Of a stretch of DNA of 64,000 nt, positions 41,501 through 54,008 are shown in pieces; the stretch's first letter is position 1; every line of letters begins with the position of its first letter. The stretch is from the human T2T-CHM13v2.0 reference genome, Homo sapiens, in NCBI RefSeq assembly GCF_009914755.1, contig NC_060937.1. The stretch is one strand, 5' to 3'. The translations under genes were made by a program, and so were the position numbers. The notes beneath the pieces are model-generated. The model was not told the origin of the DNA and ran no database searches. It worked only from the letters and a program-made list of their open reading frames with translations.

Positions 41501-42685
41501 ACACTTCTAAATGGCACATGGTTCAAATGAAAAGTCTCAGGAAACATTTTAGAATATTTTGAAATAAATTATATTGAAAATATATCAACAAAATGAGTGG
41601 GGTGCAATGAAAGTAGTGTTTGGAGGAAGAGTTATAGTATTAAATATATATATCAGAGAACAAGAAAGAACTAAAACCAATAATATAAACCCCACTTTAG
41701 GAAACTAAGAAAAACAATGTAAGCCTAAAGCAAACAGAAGAAAATAAATAATAAAATCAAATAAACAAAATTGAAAACAATGGGAAAATCAAAGAAACTA
41801 AATGTTAGTTATTTGAAAAAAATCAATGAAAATATAAAGCTCTATCCAATCTAACAACAACAAAAAGACAGAAATCACATAGTGGGGTTATCACTACTGA
41901 GTCCATGGATATTAAAATGTTAAGAAAATAATACCATAAACAACTCTATGCCCATAAATTAGATAACTTGGATAAAATGGACAAACTCTTTGAAAGACAC
42001 AAACTACAAAAATTTATAAAATTATATGTAGATAACTTGCACATCCCTAAATCTATTAAAATGAAACAGTAATTTAAAACTTTCCAATACACAAAGCACC
42101 AGGTTCAGAGGTTTTCACTTAGCCTTTCAAGAGCATTTAACCGAAGTCCAGAAAATAGACATAGTGGGAACATTTCATAACACATAGTAAGAGGCCTGCA
42201 TTATCCTAAAATTAAAATCAGATGAAGGCATTACAAGAAAGGAGATCTACCGACTAATATCTTTCATGAGCATCAATGTAAAAATCTTCTACAAAACATC
42301 GGGAAATTATATGCAACAATGTATAAAAAGAATTCTACCCACAACCAATTTAGTTTACTCTGGTCGTGCCAGGCTGGTTAAACGTTCAAAAATCAACCAG
42401 TGAAATTTATAATACATGCTGAAGAGAAATCATATGATCATATAAATTTATTCAGAAAGAGCATCAAACAAAATCCATCACCCATTCATTACAAAAACTT
42501 TCAGAAAACTGAGAATAGAGGGACCTTCCTCAACTTGAAAAACATCTGTAAAACTTGCAGCTAATATAATACTTGATGTGGAGAGACTTGATGCTTTCTC
42601 CCTAAAATCACAACAAAGACAAATATGTTGTTACAATAATACCTATTTGATTTTGTATTAGAAGTCCTAGCTAATGAAATAAGAT

Positions 42686-42746
42686 AAGAAAGAAAGAAAC
42701 AGAAAGAGAGAAAGAAAGAGAGAAAGAAAGAAAGAAAGGGAGAAAG

Positions 42747-42817
<71 letters not shown>

Positions 42818-42884
42818 AAAAGAAAGAAAGAAAGAAAGAAAAAGAAAGAAAGCGAAAGAAAGAGGAAGGAAGGAAGGAAGGAAA
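42686..42884 (+). repeat. (GAAA)n/(GGAA)n compound microsatellite, ~200 bp almost pure purine
   Basis: Direct reading; lies at the A-rich site after 'gaagtcctagc' in L1 ORF2. Confidence 0.98.
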
Positions 42885-45203
42885 TGTGCTTTTTTTTTCT
42901 TTGGCAATAACATGAATAACTATGTCTAAAATCCAAAGAATCTACAAAATACTCTAGAAACTGATAATTGAATGCAGCAATGCTGCAGGATTCAAGATTA
43001 ATATAGTAAAGTCAGTTGCTTTCCTTTACACCAGCAATGAAATATTAGAATTTAAAATTTTTAAAAATTACAATAGCACAAAAAAATACCTACACATAAA
43101 TCTAGCAAAATATATTCAGGATTCTTATGTGAAAATATACAAAACAGTGATGAAAGAAATAAAAGACATTCTACATAAATGGACAGATATTCCATAGTCA
43201 TGGATTGGAAGAATAAATAATGGTAAGAGCTAAGTTTTTCCCAACGTGGTCTATAAATTCAACACAATTTCCACCAAATTCTACCAAGATATTTTGTGGA
43301 TATTGTCAGACTGATTCTAAGTTTATATGGAAAGGAAAAAGACCTAGGACAGGCAACATAATACCGAATAAGATGAACAAATTTAGAAGACTCACGTTAC
43401 CCCATTTTTAACACATTATAAAATTAACCAAGACAGTGAGACATTGGCAAAATAATACATACATGGATCAATAAAACAACAAGGATTCCATAAGTAGACC
43501 CACAGAAATATTGTCAATGGGTTTTTGGCAAAGCAAAAAGCTGATTAAATGGAGAAATTAAATCTGGACACAGACCTATGCTTTTCACATATATTCATTC
43601 AAAATAGATCATACATCTCAATGTAAAATGGAAAACTATATAACTTCCAATAGAAAAGCATAGGAGAAAATCTAAGTCATTTTGAGTTTGACAATGAGTT
43701 TTTAAGAGACAACACCAAAAATATGACATGTGAAAGCAAACAACAAAGTAAGTTGAATTCTTAAAATTAAGTCTTCTACTCTGTGAAAGACACAACAGCA
43801 TCTTTATATTCTCTTAAAAAATCTACCTAATGTAAGATGCTACGTGTATTTTTACATATGGGAACTCTGTATTATCTTTGATTATTTTTCTGTAAACCTA
43901 AAACTGAAATATCTATTAAAAGCAACTGACAAAAAACTATGAAATGAACTTTAATGTCATAGTACATTCTCTTAACAAAGAGAATATAAATTGAGCTACT
44001 GATTTGGAGAAAATATTTGCAAAACAGATCTCTGATAAAGAGTTGTATCCAAAATGTAAAAAGGGACATGTAAAGCTGAACAAAGGGTAAATAACTTCAC
44101 ACAAAAAATGGGAAATGTACTGATCAAACTAAGGAGACATACAGATGGCAAATACGCATATGAAATGATATCATCACTTGTCATTAGAGAACTGCAAATT
44201 AAAACAACAATTAGATACTACTACATACCTGTTAGAAAGGCTAACATCCAAATCTTAACATCACCAAATGCTAGTGAGGATGAGGAGCAATAAAAACTCT
44301 CATTCATTGCTGATGGAAATGTAAAATGCTAAGCCACATTGGAAGACAAGTTAACAACTTATTACAATGTTGATCATAGCCTTCTCATACAATCCCGCAA
44401 ATATGCTCTTACTTACCAAACTCACTTGAAAACTTACATCCACACACAAAATCTGAATAGGAACGTTTATTACAGCTCTATTCATAATTGCCCAATGTGT
44501 AAGCAATTTAGATGTCCTTCAATAGGTGAATGAATAAACAAACTGCAGTGTATCTACACAGTGGAATATTAATAAATATTACCCAGTGATAAAAGGTACA
44601 AATATATGATTTAATTCATGCAAAGGTATAAATTAGTTTATGATGTATTAAGCCACCCAAAGACATACATGAATCTTAAATGCATATTGCTAAGTAAAAC
44701 AAAAACAAAAAGACCCAGTCTGGAAAAGATGTATTTAGTATCATTCCATTTGTATGACATTTTGAAAGAGGCAAAACTATATAACCAGTAAACAGATTAG
44801 TAATTGACAGGGGTTTGTGCGGGAGGAAGGTTAAATAGATAAAGCACAGGAAATGTTTAAGAGCCTGGAAACTCTTCTATGTGATAGTATAATGGTGAAT
44901 AAATGAACCTATGACTTTGTCAAAGCCCATAGAATTTTGGAGCCCAAAGAGTTAACTTTGCCAAATGTGAATTTTGGAAATTTATTTAGAAATTCAGTGG
45001 ATCTCTATATGGAACAGTGAATAAGACAAGAACATGTATGTAAAAATAAACTATATTGCAAATGTATGGAATAGTTTTACTGAAGAAGGTGGGTGAAAAG
45101 TTGCTCACCTAAGTAATTTTGGAAATTGCTAAACTTGTTTCCCATGGGGGTACACGTTAATAATTCTGAAGCCACTGTAACTGTATAATGGAATTGAAAA
45201 AAT

Positions 45204-45501
45204 TGCCGGGCGTGGTGGCTCATGCCTATAATCCCAGCACTTTGGGAGGCCGAGGCGGGGTGTATCACCTGAGGTCAGGAGTGTGAGACCAGACTGCCCA
45301 ACATGGTGAAACCCTGTGGCTACTAAAAATACAAAAATTAGCCGGTCACAGTGGCAGGTGCCTGTAATCCCAGCTACTCAGGAGGCCGATGCAGGAGAAT
45401 CACTTGAACCGGGGAGACGGAGTTTGTAGAGAGCCTAGAGCATGCCACTGCACTCCAGCCTGGGTGACAGGGCAGGACTCCATCTCAAAAAAAAAAAAAA
45501 A
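45204..45501 (+). mobile_element. AluSx-like, inserted in the L1 3' UTR
   Basis: Full dimer with 'atcacctgaggtcaggag' and poly(A) tail. Confidence 0.95.
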
Positions 45502-46439
45502 TCAATAAATGTATACACATATAATAAGTTCTCCTGCTCTATCAGCTGAGAGGGCTTAGAGGTGTAATACATCAGTAGTACCAAGCGTATCTAGCATCCA
45601 GATGTCGCTTTTTAATACCATTCTCTAATGAAAGGAACCAGAGCTCCTTGGAGAAAGGACATATTCTAGGTCTGGGGCAGAAAGTATACAAGAAGAGCCT
45701 GAAGCATTTTCTTGCACCAGAAAATAAATATCCATGAGACTATACTAATAATTAGTTATTGAGTAAATAAATGGGACAGAATAGACAAATCTCCCATGCA
45801 GAAGAATGCCAAAATTTGTATACTCTTCCCTAAAATGGTAGAGGATAACTTCCCACTTGTAAAGTGTGCCTTTGGGTTGTGACTTCTTTCCAAAGATTAC
45901 AGTATGGAAAGAGCAACAAAATGTAACTTTATGGTAGAGAAACCTCATAAGCACTACCTTAGCCAAGTGATTAAGGTCAGCATTAACAGTGTATGCACCC
46001 TTGATTGCTGTGATAAAAAGAGCACTTTACCTCTGTGATCTTCTTCCTCAAAACCTAATTCATGTCTTATCATGAGAAACATATCAGAAAAATTCAAATT
46101 GAGGAACATTCTACAAAATATCAAAACTGTCAGTCATCTAAAACAAGTTGGAGAAACTGTCATAGCCAAGAGTAGCCTAAGGAAACAAGATGACTAAATG
46201 AACATGAAGTAAAAACTACAGAAATATGAAGAAAGTATGTACTTTAATAATAATAATGTACTAATATTGGTTCATTAATTGTGACAAATATGCCATACTA
46301 ATGTAAAATAAAATTTATATTAATGTGTATGGAACTCTGTGTTACCTTTAATTTTTTTCTGTAAATGTAAAACTATTCAAAATGAAAGGCCTATTGAAAA
46401 AACCCAATCAACCAACCAACAAAAGAATATAAAATTAAC

Positions 46440-46600
46440 TAACTTTAATGTCGTATAGACCTGGGTTCTATCTCTTAATCCAGGCTATATTTTCTTCGTC
46501 TGGAAATAGAAATCGTAATATATCATTTGCTACAAGGATTTACTAGTACATCATTTTAAAAGTTTCTTGCATATATAATTATTAATAAATATTAATTACC
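46440..46600 (+). mobile_element. MIR fragment
   Basis: 'agacctgggttctatc', 'ttttcttcgtctggaaatagaaat'. Confidence 0.5.
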
Positions 46601-47157
46601 TTTGCCTTTTTAATTTTCATGACTAAATGTAATTGAAATAAATGAAATCTAAACCACTTGTATAAATTGATACATGAACTGCTTAACCTACATTGCTTTA
46701 GTCTTCCTACAAATTAAGTTATCATTTCAGCAACACATTCATTTCGTTAGGTCTACCCTTAAAAGTAGGGTGAACACCCCTGAATTATTTATGAAACACA
46801 CCACATATCCATAACTGCATTAATATGTGTTAGTTCTCTGAATCCCTTTAATGACAGAATCATAACCTCTTATTCTTAAGAAATAAAGTTCTATGGAAAG
46901 CAACTGGTAGGGAATATTCCAGAATGAGGAACAATGAAGGCTAATGATTTGGCAGACGGGAAGCCAACAGAAGAAAAATCACCAATTTAACCTCTTTTAA
47001 AATAGAGTAGTGTAGGGGAGTAGTCTTAGAATGGAGAAATGCAATGAAAACTGGTATTTTATTCCTTAATAATTTATTGAATAACCACCAAGCTTTCAGA
47101 AATGTGCTAGAAAGTTTGCATGCACTCTACTACAATTTAAGTTGAAATTTATGTTCA

Positions 47158-47982
47158 CAGACACTTCTCAAAAGAAGACATACGTGCAGCCAACAAGCAT
47201 ATGAAAAAAAGCCCAATATTGCTGACCATTAGAGGAATGCAAATCAAAACCACAATGAGATACCATCTGACACTAGTCAGAATGGCTGTTTTTAAAAAGT
47301 CAAAAAATAACAGATGCTAGTGAGGTTGTGGAGAAAAAGAAACACTAATACACTCTTGGTGGTAGTGTAAATAAGTTCAATTATTGTGAAAAGCAGAATG
47401 GTGATTCCTCAAATAGCTAAAAATAAAACTATCATTTGACTCTGCAATCCCATTACTGGGTATAAAACCAGAGGAATACAGATAATTCTACCAAAAAGAC
47501 ACGTGCACAGGAACATTTATTGCAGCACTATTCACAATAACAAAGACATAGAATTGTCCTAAGTGCCCATTAATGACAGATTAGATAAAGCAAATGTGGT
47601 ACATATACAGCACAGAATACCATGCAGTCATAAAAAGCAACAAGATCATGTCTTTTGTGGGAACATGGATGGAGCTGAAGGCTATTCTTAGCAAATTAAC
47701 ACAGGAACAGAAAACCAAACACTGCATGGTCTCACTTATAAGTGAGAGCTCCACGATAAGAACTTATGAACACAAAGAAGCAAACGACAGACACTGGGAT
47801 CTACTTGGAGTAGAAGGATGGGAGAAGGGAGAGGAGCAGAAGGGATGATTGTTAGGTGCTGGGCTTGATACCTGGGTGGTGAGATAGTCTGTACAGCAAA
47901 CCTCCATGACATGCGTTTACCTATGTAACAAACCTTCACATGTACCCTCGGACCTAAAGTAAAAGTTAAAATAAAATAAAAA
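47158..47982 (+). mobile_element. 5'-truncated L1PA (PA12/13-like), ~820 bp
   Basis: ORF2 C-terminus 'gaatgcaaatcaaaaccacaatgagataccatc' through 3' UTR 'gtttacctatgtaacaaaccttcacatgtaccc' and A-rich tail. Confidence 0.93.
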
Positions 47983-48533
47983 TATGTAAGAAAGGAAATC
48001 TACAGTCACGATTTGAGTTATTAACATTCTGGTCTCCCTTATTCTCACCTAAATGCTCCTCCTTCTGCATTCTTTATCTCCCTGAAGATTCCGCTACCCA
48101 ATACATTGCCTAAACTGGAAAACCTAGTTTCACACTTCCCCATTTCATCTCCCTCATCCACCATATCAAATGCTACAACAAATGTTCTCAGTTCTTTTTA
48201 AAAATATATCTTGCAAATCTGCATTATACAAAAGGACAGACAATAACTCCATGTGGTTATTGAGTAACCAACATGTGACCAGTGCAACTTAAAACTGAAT
48301 TTTAAATTTTGCAGATTTTTTTTCTTAATACTCTAAATTGAAATGTTTAAACTGACATGCGTTTTGGTTATTGGAAAACACTAAAGTACATTTGGAACAA
48401 CTAGGGTATGTAAGTATATTTGTTAAACTGTAAATTTTATGAAACCTAACTATTGATGAAATTTTTCTGATGAAACTTTAGTATTTGAATTGAGATGTAA
48501 ATTTCAAATAATTTGTTTTAAAATTGTACATAA

Positions 48534-48790
48534 GGCTGGGTGCGGTGGCTCATGCCTGTAATCCCAGCACTTTGGGAGACCGAGGCGGGCAGATCATGAG
48601 GTCAGGAGTTTGATACCAGCCTGGCCAATATGGTGAAACCCTGTCTTTACTAAAAATACAAAAATTAACTAGGAATGGTGGCATGCCTGTAGTCCTAGTT
48701 ACTCAGGAGGCTGAGGCAGAAGAATTGCTTGAACCTGGGAGCCAGAGGTTGCAGTGAGCTGAGATCACACCACTGCACTCCAGCCTGGGC

Positions 48791-48793
<3 letters not shown>
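48534..48793 (+). mobile_element. AluS (Sg-like) whose 3' end runs into a (CA)n repeat
   Basis: 'cagatcatgaggtcaggag'; ends 'cagcctgggcgaca'. Confidence 0.93.

Positions 48794-48834
<41 letters not shown>
48792..48834 (+). repeat. (AC)21 microsatellite
   Basis: Direct reading. Confidence 0.98.
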
Positions 48835-48836
<2 letters not shown>

Positions 48837-50469
48837 GATAAAAAAATGACAAGAGAAAAAAGCATATGTAAAACATCTCCTTGAGAATTGTTTTACACTG
48901 ATTACATGGGAAATGATTATATTTCAATTTAAATATATTATTAAGCTAATTTCACTTATTTCTTTATCCTTTTTTAGTGTAGCTACCAGAAAATTACCTA
49001 AACATCTCATATCATACTTCTATGAAATAGGGCTGTTCTAAATTATTCTTATCTCCAATATACTTCCAATTCCCTGATCCAGAACACCGTCCTCTTTACC
49101 CTGGGTACCTGGATTTCCACTCTGGCCTCATGCATTTTCTCTGCCTCCAATGTCTTCCATGCTTTCTGAACATCAATGCATTCTTACTCTAACATCTCTA
49201 TACTCTTCCCTTTATAAAGTTGAGATAATCAAACTTTTTATCTCATGGAACACTTATTCCACAGAAGTTTCCAATATTGACATATTTTATGCAGTGCTCC
49301 TTTCAACATAAAAATCACATCACATTATTGATTAAAATCTTTTTTATCTGAATTCTATAACCTGATAGGTTTCTCATCAGCTGGCCTCTGCTTACCTCAC
49401 CAATTTTATTTCTAACCTCTGCCTCCAAAGCACATCCTATGCTCTAGTCAAATTCATCTTCTGAGTTGCATCAAATGTCCTGTGCTTTATTTTGCATCTG
49501 GATCTTTCTACTTTCTATTATTCCTTTATATATTGTTCATAATTTAACCCCCAATATCAAAGCAATGATGAGCATAGGGTTGACCTGCAAAAGACATTGA
49601 GTGAACAAATTAATGAATACATATCTGGACTTCATTAGAAACAAACTACCTTAGAAACTTAGTTAGAATATAAACATTTCCCATAATAAATGATAGGTAA
49701 CCTTTAAACCATTATTGTCTTCAAGGATCAACAACTGTATTAAACATCTTTAAAATTACCAATTGTGATTCTAAGCAGTCTCACTGAAGTCAAACTGCTG
49801 AACTTTTCTCTCCCAAGATACCTTAATTTTAAACTTTCTATTGTTACTTTGAAAACTACTCATAGTATAACCTGGAATATATTCCAAATATCTTAGCAGT
49901 TTGCTTTCAGATCCAGGGGTAAAACAAAAATTGATTTCAGAGCAAATTAGCAGTTTTTCTCATCCATTCTCATCAAAGAAAGTGTGGGAGGATTGCAGGC
50001 CCTCTGAGAGCATATATTATAGCTCATTATGCAAAGAAAAAAAGGTAAAAATGAGTCCAGGAACAATTAATATGTGAAGCTAGTATTCTACAATACAGTA
50101 TTACCACTACCATATGTAGGTTTTTTTAAAGTAGAGGCATATTAAAAATTAAAATGTGCTTCACATACATTATTAGTAGAATTATTATTATTATATCATT
50201 GACATGAGTCAAGTTTCTATAATCTGTTCCTGGGAATGAGTGGAGATGTTTTTTCCCCACTTTTCTAGGTTCCTCAGGGTCTTAAAGGTAATAAAAGATA
50301 AGAGGAGCATTAGAGTAAAGGGGTTAATTGTGTTGCAGGTGAGAATACCAAGATTAAAAGTCAATGAATGTAGAAGCTGACAGATAAAAACAGCTTCAAG
50401 ATTCTCTTTCCTCAGTCTCTTAGCACTCCAGTTACTCAATAATTTGGAATAATATAATTATAAAATAAT

Positions 50470-50700
50470 AGAATAAAAATAATATTTCAGGTCACCTAGC
50501 ACAATTTCCAACCTAATGCAATAGCCTCTCTACAATGGCAAAAAATGATTTTTCCTCTGCTTTTGAGTTTTTTCAGTAATATGGCACTTCATAAAAAGCA
50601 CACAGTTTTGTTTAGGGCAATTCTAATGGTCAGGAGTTAGACATGGTTCTAATAAAAGTAAACCTAACCAAATCTAATCTCTTCTATATGACAGTTTTTA
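50470..50700 (-). mobile_element. L3/CR1 3' end fragment
   Basis: 'aggtcacctagcacaa..cctctctacaa..cctctgctttt..agggcaattctaatggtcaggag' resembles the antisense L3 tail. Confidence 0.5.
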
Positions 50701-51675
50701 AAAAATAATTTGAAAATGCTTACACCACTCCATCTACAAAATCTGTATCCAGTCTTAAGTTTCCTCCTTCTTTCTAGGATTTTCCAAAATACATACTTTT
50801 CAGAATCTTTATAAGGTTGGCAGTTGTTTTCTGCACACACTTCAGTTTTGGCATAATTATTACATGTGGTATCCAAGCATCTACTCATCTTGTATATATA
50901 ATATACTTGTATAATTGACACTTGTATTCCTTGATCTATGTGTTATAAATCTGTTAACATAACATTTGTTTCTAATTTAGTACAACTAATATTTAATGAA
51001 TACCTGTTCTGAACAAATATTAGCCATTATTTCAAAAGGAATATAAGGAGTCAAAAAAAAAAAAGACTAAGATACTTTGAATCTTTGATTACTCTTTATC
51101 TAGTAGAATCTTAAAATATTCTGGACCTTGGCAACCAAACAGCAATTCAAATATGTGATTCTATGCCATATTCCATATTTTGTATAAAATTTTGTCATTA
51201 AATAAATGTTTGTACAAGTCATTAAGCAAACTTTCAGACCATGTCTAGTGTACTGATGTACACACAAACCTTGAACCTATCTTATATTAAGTATTTGGTA
51301 ACTTTATGTTATCAGTCTGTTGCCTAAGTGTACATTGCACATTAATTTTAGCTATGTTTTCACTGTTTTGAAGCTATAATTGACATTATATTTTTGATAA
51401 AGGTATTAAATAGAAAATAGATAAATATAAAACCTAGTGGTGTATTTTGTAAGATGAACTCATACTGATATTGATCAATATCCTTTTACATATAAAGCCC
51501 ACCTGCTATCCTCCTGAAATGCAGATACATTATTTTTATCATTAACATGACTCAGATTTCTATGATTTGATCTAGCGAACACGAGGGGAAATAATTCTTC
51601 CTGGTTTTCTAGGTTACTCAGGGTCTAAAAAGAAATAAGATTCAAGAGGTACTATTAAAGAAGTTAATTATAATA

Positions 51676-51726
51676 AGAGAGAGAGGGAGAGCGAGTGTGT
51701 GTGTGTGTGTGTGTGTGCGCACGCAC
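51676..51726 (+). repeat. Compound (GA)n-(GT)11-(GC) microsatellite
   Basis: Direct reading. Confidence 0.95.
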
Positions 51727-51791
51727 AACAGTGCTCCAGCCTTCCAGTCTAACTACAAAGAAAAAGTGGTTTATAGAAACAGTTATTCATA

Positions 51792-52048
51792 TTTTCTTTT
51801 TTTTTTTTTTTTCTGAGATGGAGTCTTACTCTGTCACCTCCTGGGTTCAAGCAATTCTCTGCCTCAGCCTCCAGAGTAGCTGGGATTACAGGCACATGCC
51901 ACCACGCCTGGCTAATTTTTGTATTTTTAGTACAGACGGGGTTCCACCATGTTGGCCAGGCTGGTCTCAAACTCCTGACCGCAGGTGTTCCGCCCTCCTC
52001 AGCCTCCCAAAGTGCTGGGATTACCATTGTGAGACACCACGCCCGGCC
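51792..52048 (-). mobile_element. AluSx-like with internal deletion in the right arm
   Basis: 'ctctgtcacc|tcctgggttcaagc' junction; TSD core acagttattc at 51779-51788 and 52053-52062. Confidence 0.93.
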
Positions 52049-53142
52049 AGGCACAGTTATTCTAAATGAAAATCTGCTCATTCCCATTCCTAGTAATATT
52101 GATAATCTTTCTATTTAGTAATACTGTTTCGAAATTTGCCAGTCTTTCAACAAATCTTACATTGTGTATGCTTCCTTAAAGAAGATTAAAAGCTGTGATA
52201 AAATTTATCAGTATTTAATAAATTAAGCTCCTGCTATGTATAAAACATCATACCATATATAAGCTTTGAGTACTTTGGCATGCAATTTATTACAACTTGG
52301 AAACTTCAGTCATTTAATTAAGGTGGTCCTGCGTTGTCTCTTTATATACTGTGGATTTAAAAGTGTAGTTAGGACACTTAAAAAAAAATGTTTTCTTATT
52401 ATTCTTTGTGTCCCCCAAACCCAGGGGACTTTCATCTCTTTGTGGAGAGGAACTAGTATATAATAGGTTCTCAACAATTATTTTTCACACTGTTATTGAC
52501 ACTGAAGGATTCTTACTCTTTTTTCCATGTGTATGTGTTTATGTATTTTTTTTATCCTTTTGCTTCTCATTATTTCTCTTCAGTGCTACCTAAATTTGCT
52601 TAGTTGTATATTAATCAAGAGCCACAGAATATGGAGAGCTAGTGTTAAAGATATAGACTAAAGCTAAATTATATTTTTTTAAAGATTCAAGTATGTTTTT
52701 AATTACTCGTGGTCCGTTTATTTATGTATAGACATTTGTGAGCATGGGATTCCTCTTAAATTTTCCCTATTTCCACACAGATATGCCGAAAGTTTGCTAG
52801 GTACATTCAACAGAGTTTTTACTTTTCTGTCTCAGCATGATTTACTGGGGAATTTGAACTATTTGTACTTCATTAAATTAATTTAATAAATCAATATTAC
52901 CCCTACTATGTGCTAAGTACTAGGATACGCTAGGAACTGTTTGGTAGGATGAAAGAAAAGAGTTCAGGAATTTTGAATGCGTTAGTTTTGCGGTGCCTGT
53001 AAGTCATGCTAATTATAGTTTTAATCAGGCAGTATTCTAATCTGAAGACATCAAGAGAGAGCATGAGGCTGAAGATATTAATTATCGGGATCACCAGCCT
53101 GAAATGGTTTGGAACTATAGGTTCTGAATGCTGTGACCTAAG

Positions 53143-53320
53143 TCATGGCTTTTCAAATTTCAGTATGTATTTTAATCACCTGGAGAGATGGTTAAATACA
53201 GACTCCTGGGCCCCACCCTCAGATTCTGGGTAATAAATCATGGGTGGACCTAAGAAATTTGCATTTCTAACAAGTTTTGAGTGATGTTGATGCTGGGAAT
53301 ATGAGGACTATATTTAGAAA
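53143..53320. mobile_element. MER5A hAT MITE
   Basis: 'aatcacctggagag..ctgggccccaccctcagattctg..atttgcatttctaacaagt..gtgatgttgatgctg'. Confidence 0.85.
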
Positions 53321-53839
53321 ATGAGTTTATACAACAAAGTTGCCTAACAGTGCATTTATTAGAATATAGCCCCATCAATAAGCAACTCATGCCTACATGA
53401 GTTGCAGGCATGGTTCTGATGTTATTTATTTATTTTGTAGAGTACCTTCCACAAATGAAAAGATTGAGAAATGCTTTTCTCTATGTCATTTCGATCTTTT
53501 AATTTCTGGAGTGTAAAAATACTTTATTAAATTTCAAATGAAATTGTATTTTAGTTTAAACCTGACAAAAAAGTGTATAATAAATATGACCCAATGTTTA
53601 CTTTTTGTCTAAATTCTATACTATTTCTTCCAACATGAAAAAGATATGATACTAAATGACAGAATTTTAAAAAAAATTGTAAAATTTCTTAAAGATTTAA
53701 GGCTTTAGAATGTATGAATTCATTGCAGTTATATGCATGCTGTTTTAGTTATGCATGTATATCCTTTTCTGGGGAAAGGTAAATAGCTTTTATTGGACTG
53801 ACAAAGGAATTTCAAAACTATGAAGAATTGTCCTAGATG

Positions 53840-54008
53840 AGCCTGGGCAGCATAGGGGAGACCCTGTCTCTACAAAAAATTAAACAAATAGCACGGTGTC
53901 ATGTTTCTGTAGTCCCAGGTACTTGGGAGGCTAACGTGGAGGTTGAGGCTCCAGTGAGCTGTTTGTGCGTGGTTGACAAAGTGAGACCTTGACTCAAAAA
54001 AAAAAAAA
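53840..54008 (+). mobile_element. 5'-truncated, internally deleted AluJ
   Basis: Alu sequence with poly(A); TSD ttgtcctagatg at 53828-53839 and 54012-54023. Confidence 0.88.

Larger units (their letters stand above)
38990..46400 (+). mobile_element. Near-full-length old L1 (L1MC-type), ~7.4 kb, degenerate: 5' region, ORF1 (~39650-40330), ORF2 (from ~40767), long 3' UTR
   Basis: ORF1-like 'gaaagaatcagtgagcctagaaacagatc'; EN-like 'atggtagatattaatccaac..atgttgtccacaagaaacc'; RT-like 'ccgactaatatctttcatgagcatcaatgtaaaaatc'; 3' UTR 'agtatggaaag..gtaactttatggtagagaaacct'; terminus 'ggaactctgtgttacc..ttttctgtaaatgtaaaactattc'. Confidence 0.9.
48235..49036 (+). mobile_element. hAT-Charlie relic (Charlie5/MER33-like) split by Alu
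   Basis: 'ccatgtggttattgag', 'tttggaacaactagggtatg..actgtaaattttatgaaa..gaattgagatgt', 3' 'aatttcacttatttcttt..gtgtagctaccagaaaatt'. Confidence 0.7.

Noticed and set aside
42667-42936. F/L/S-rich 'membrane-like' ORFs
   Set aside because: Translation of the (TTTC)n microsatellite.
52872-52887. 16 bp palindrome attaaattaatttaat
   Set aside because: Pure A/T and expected by chance in this composition.
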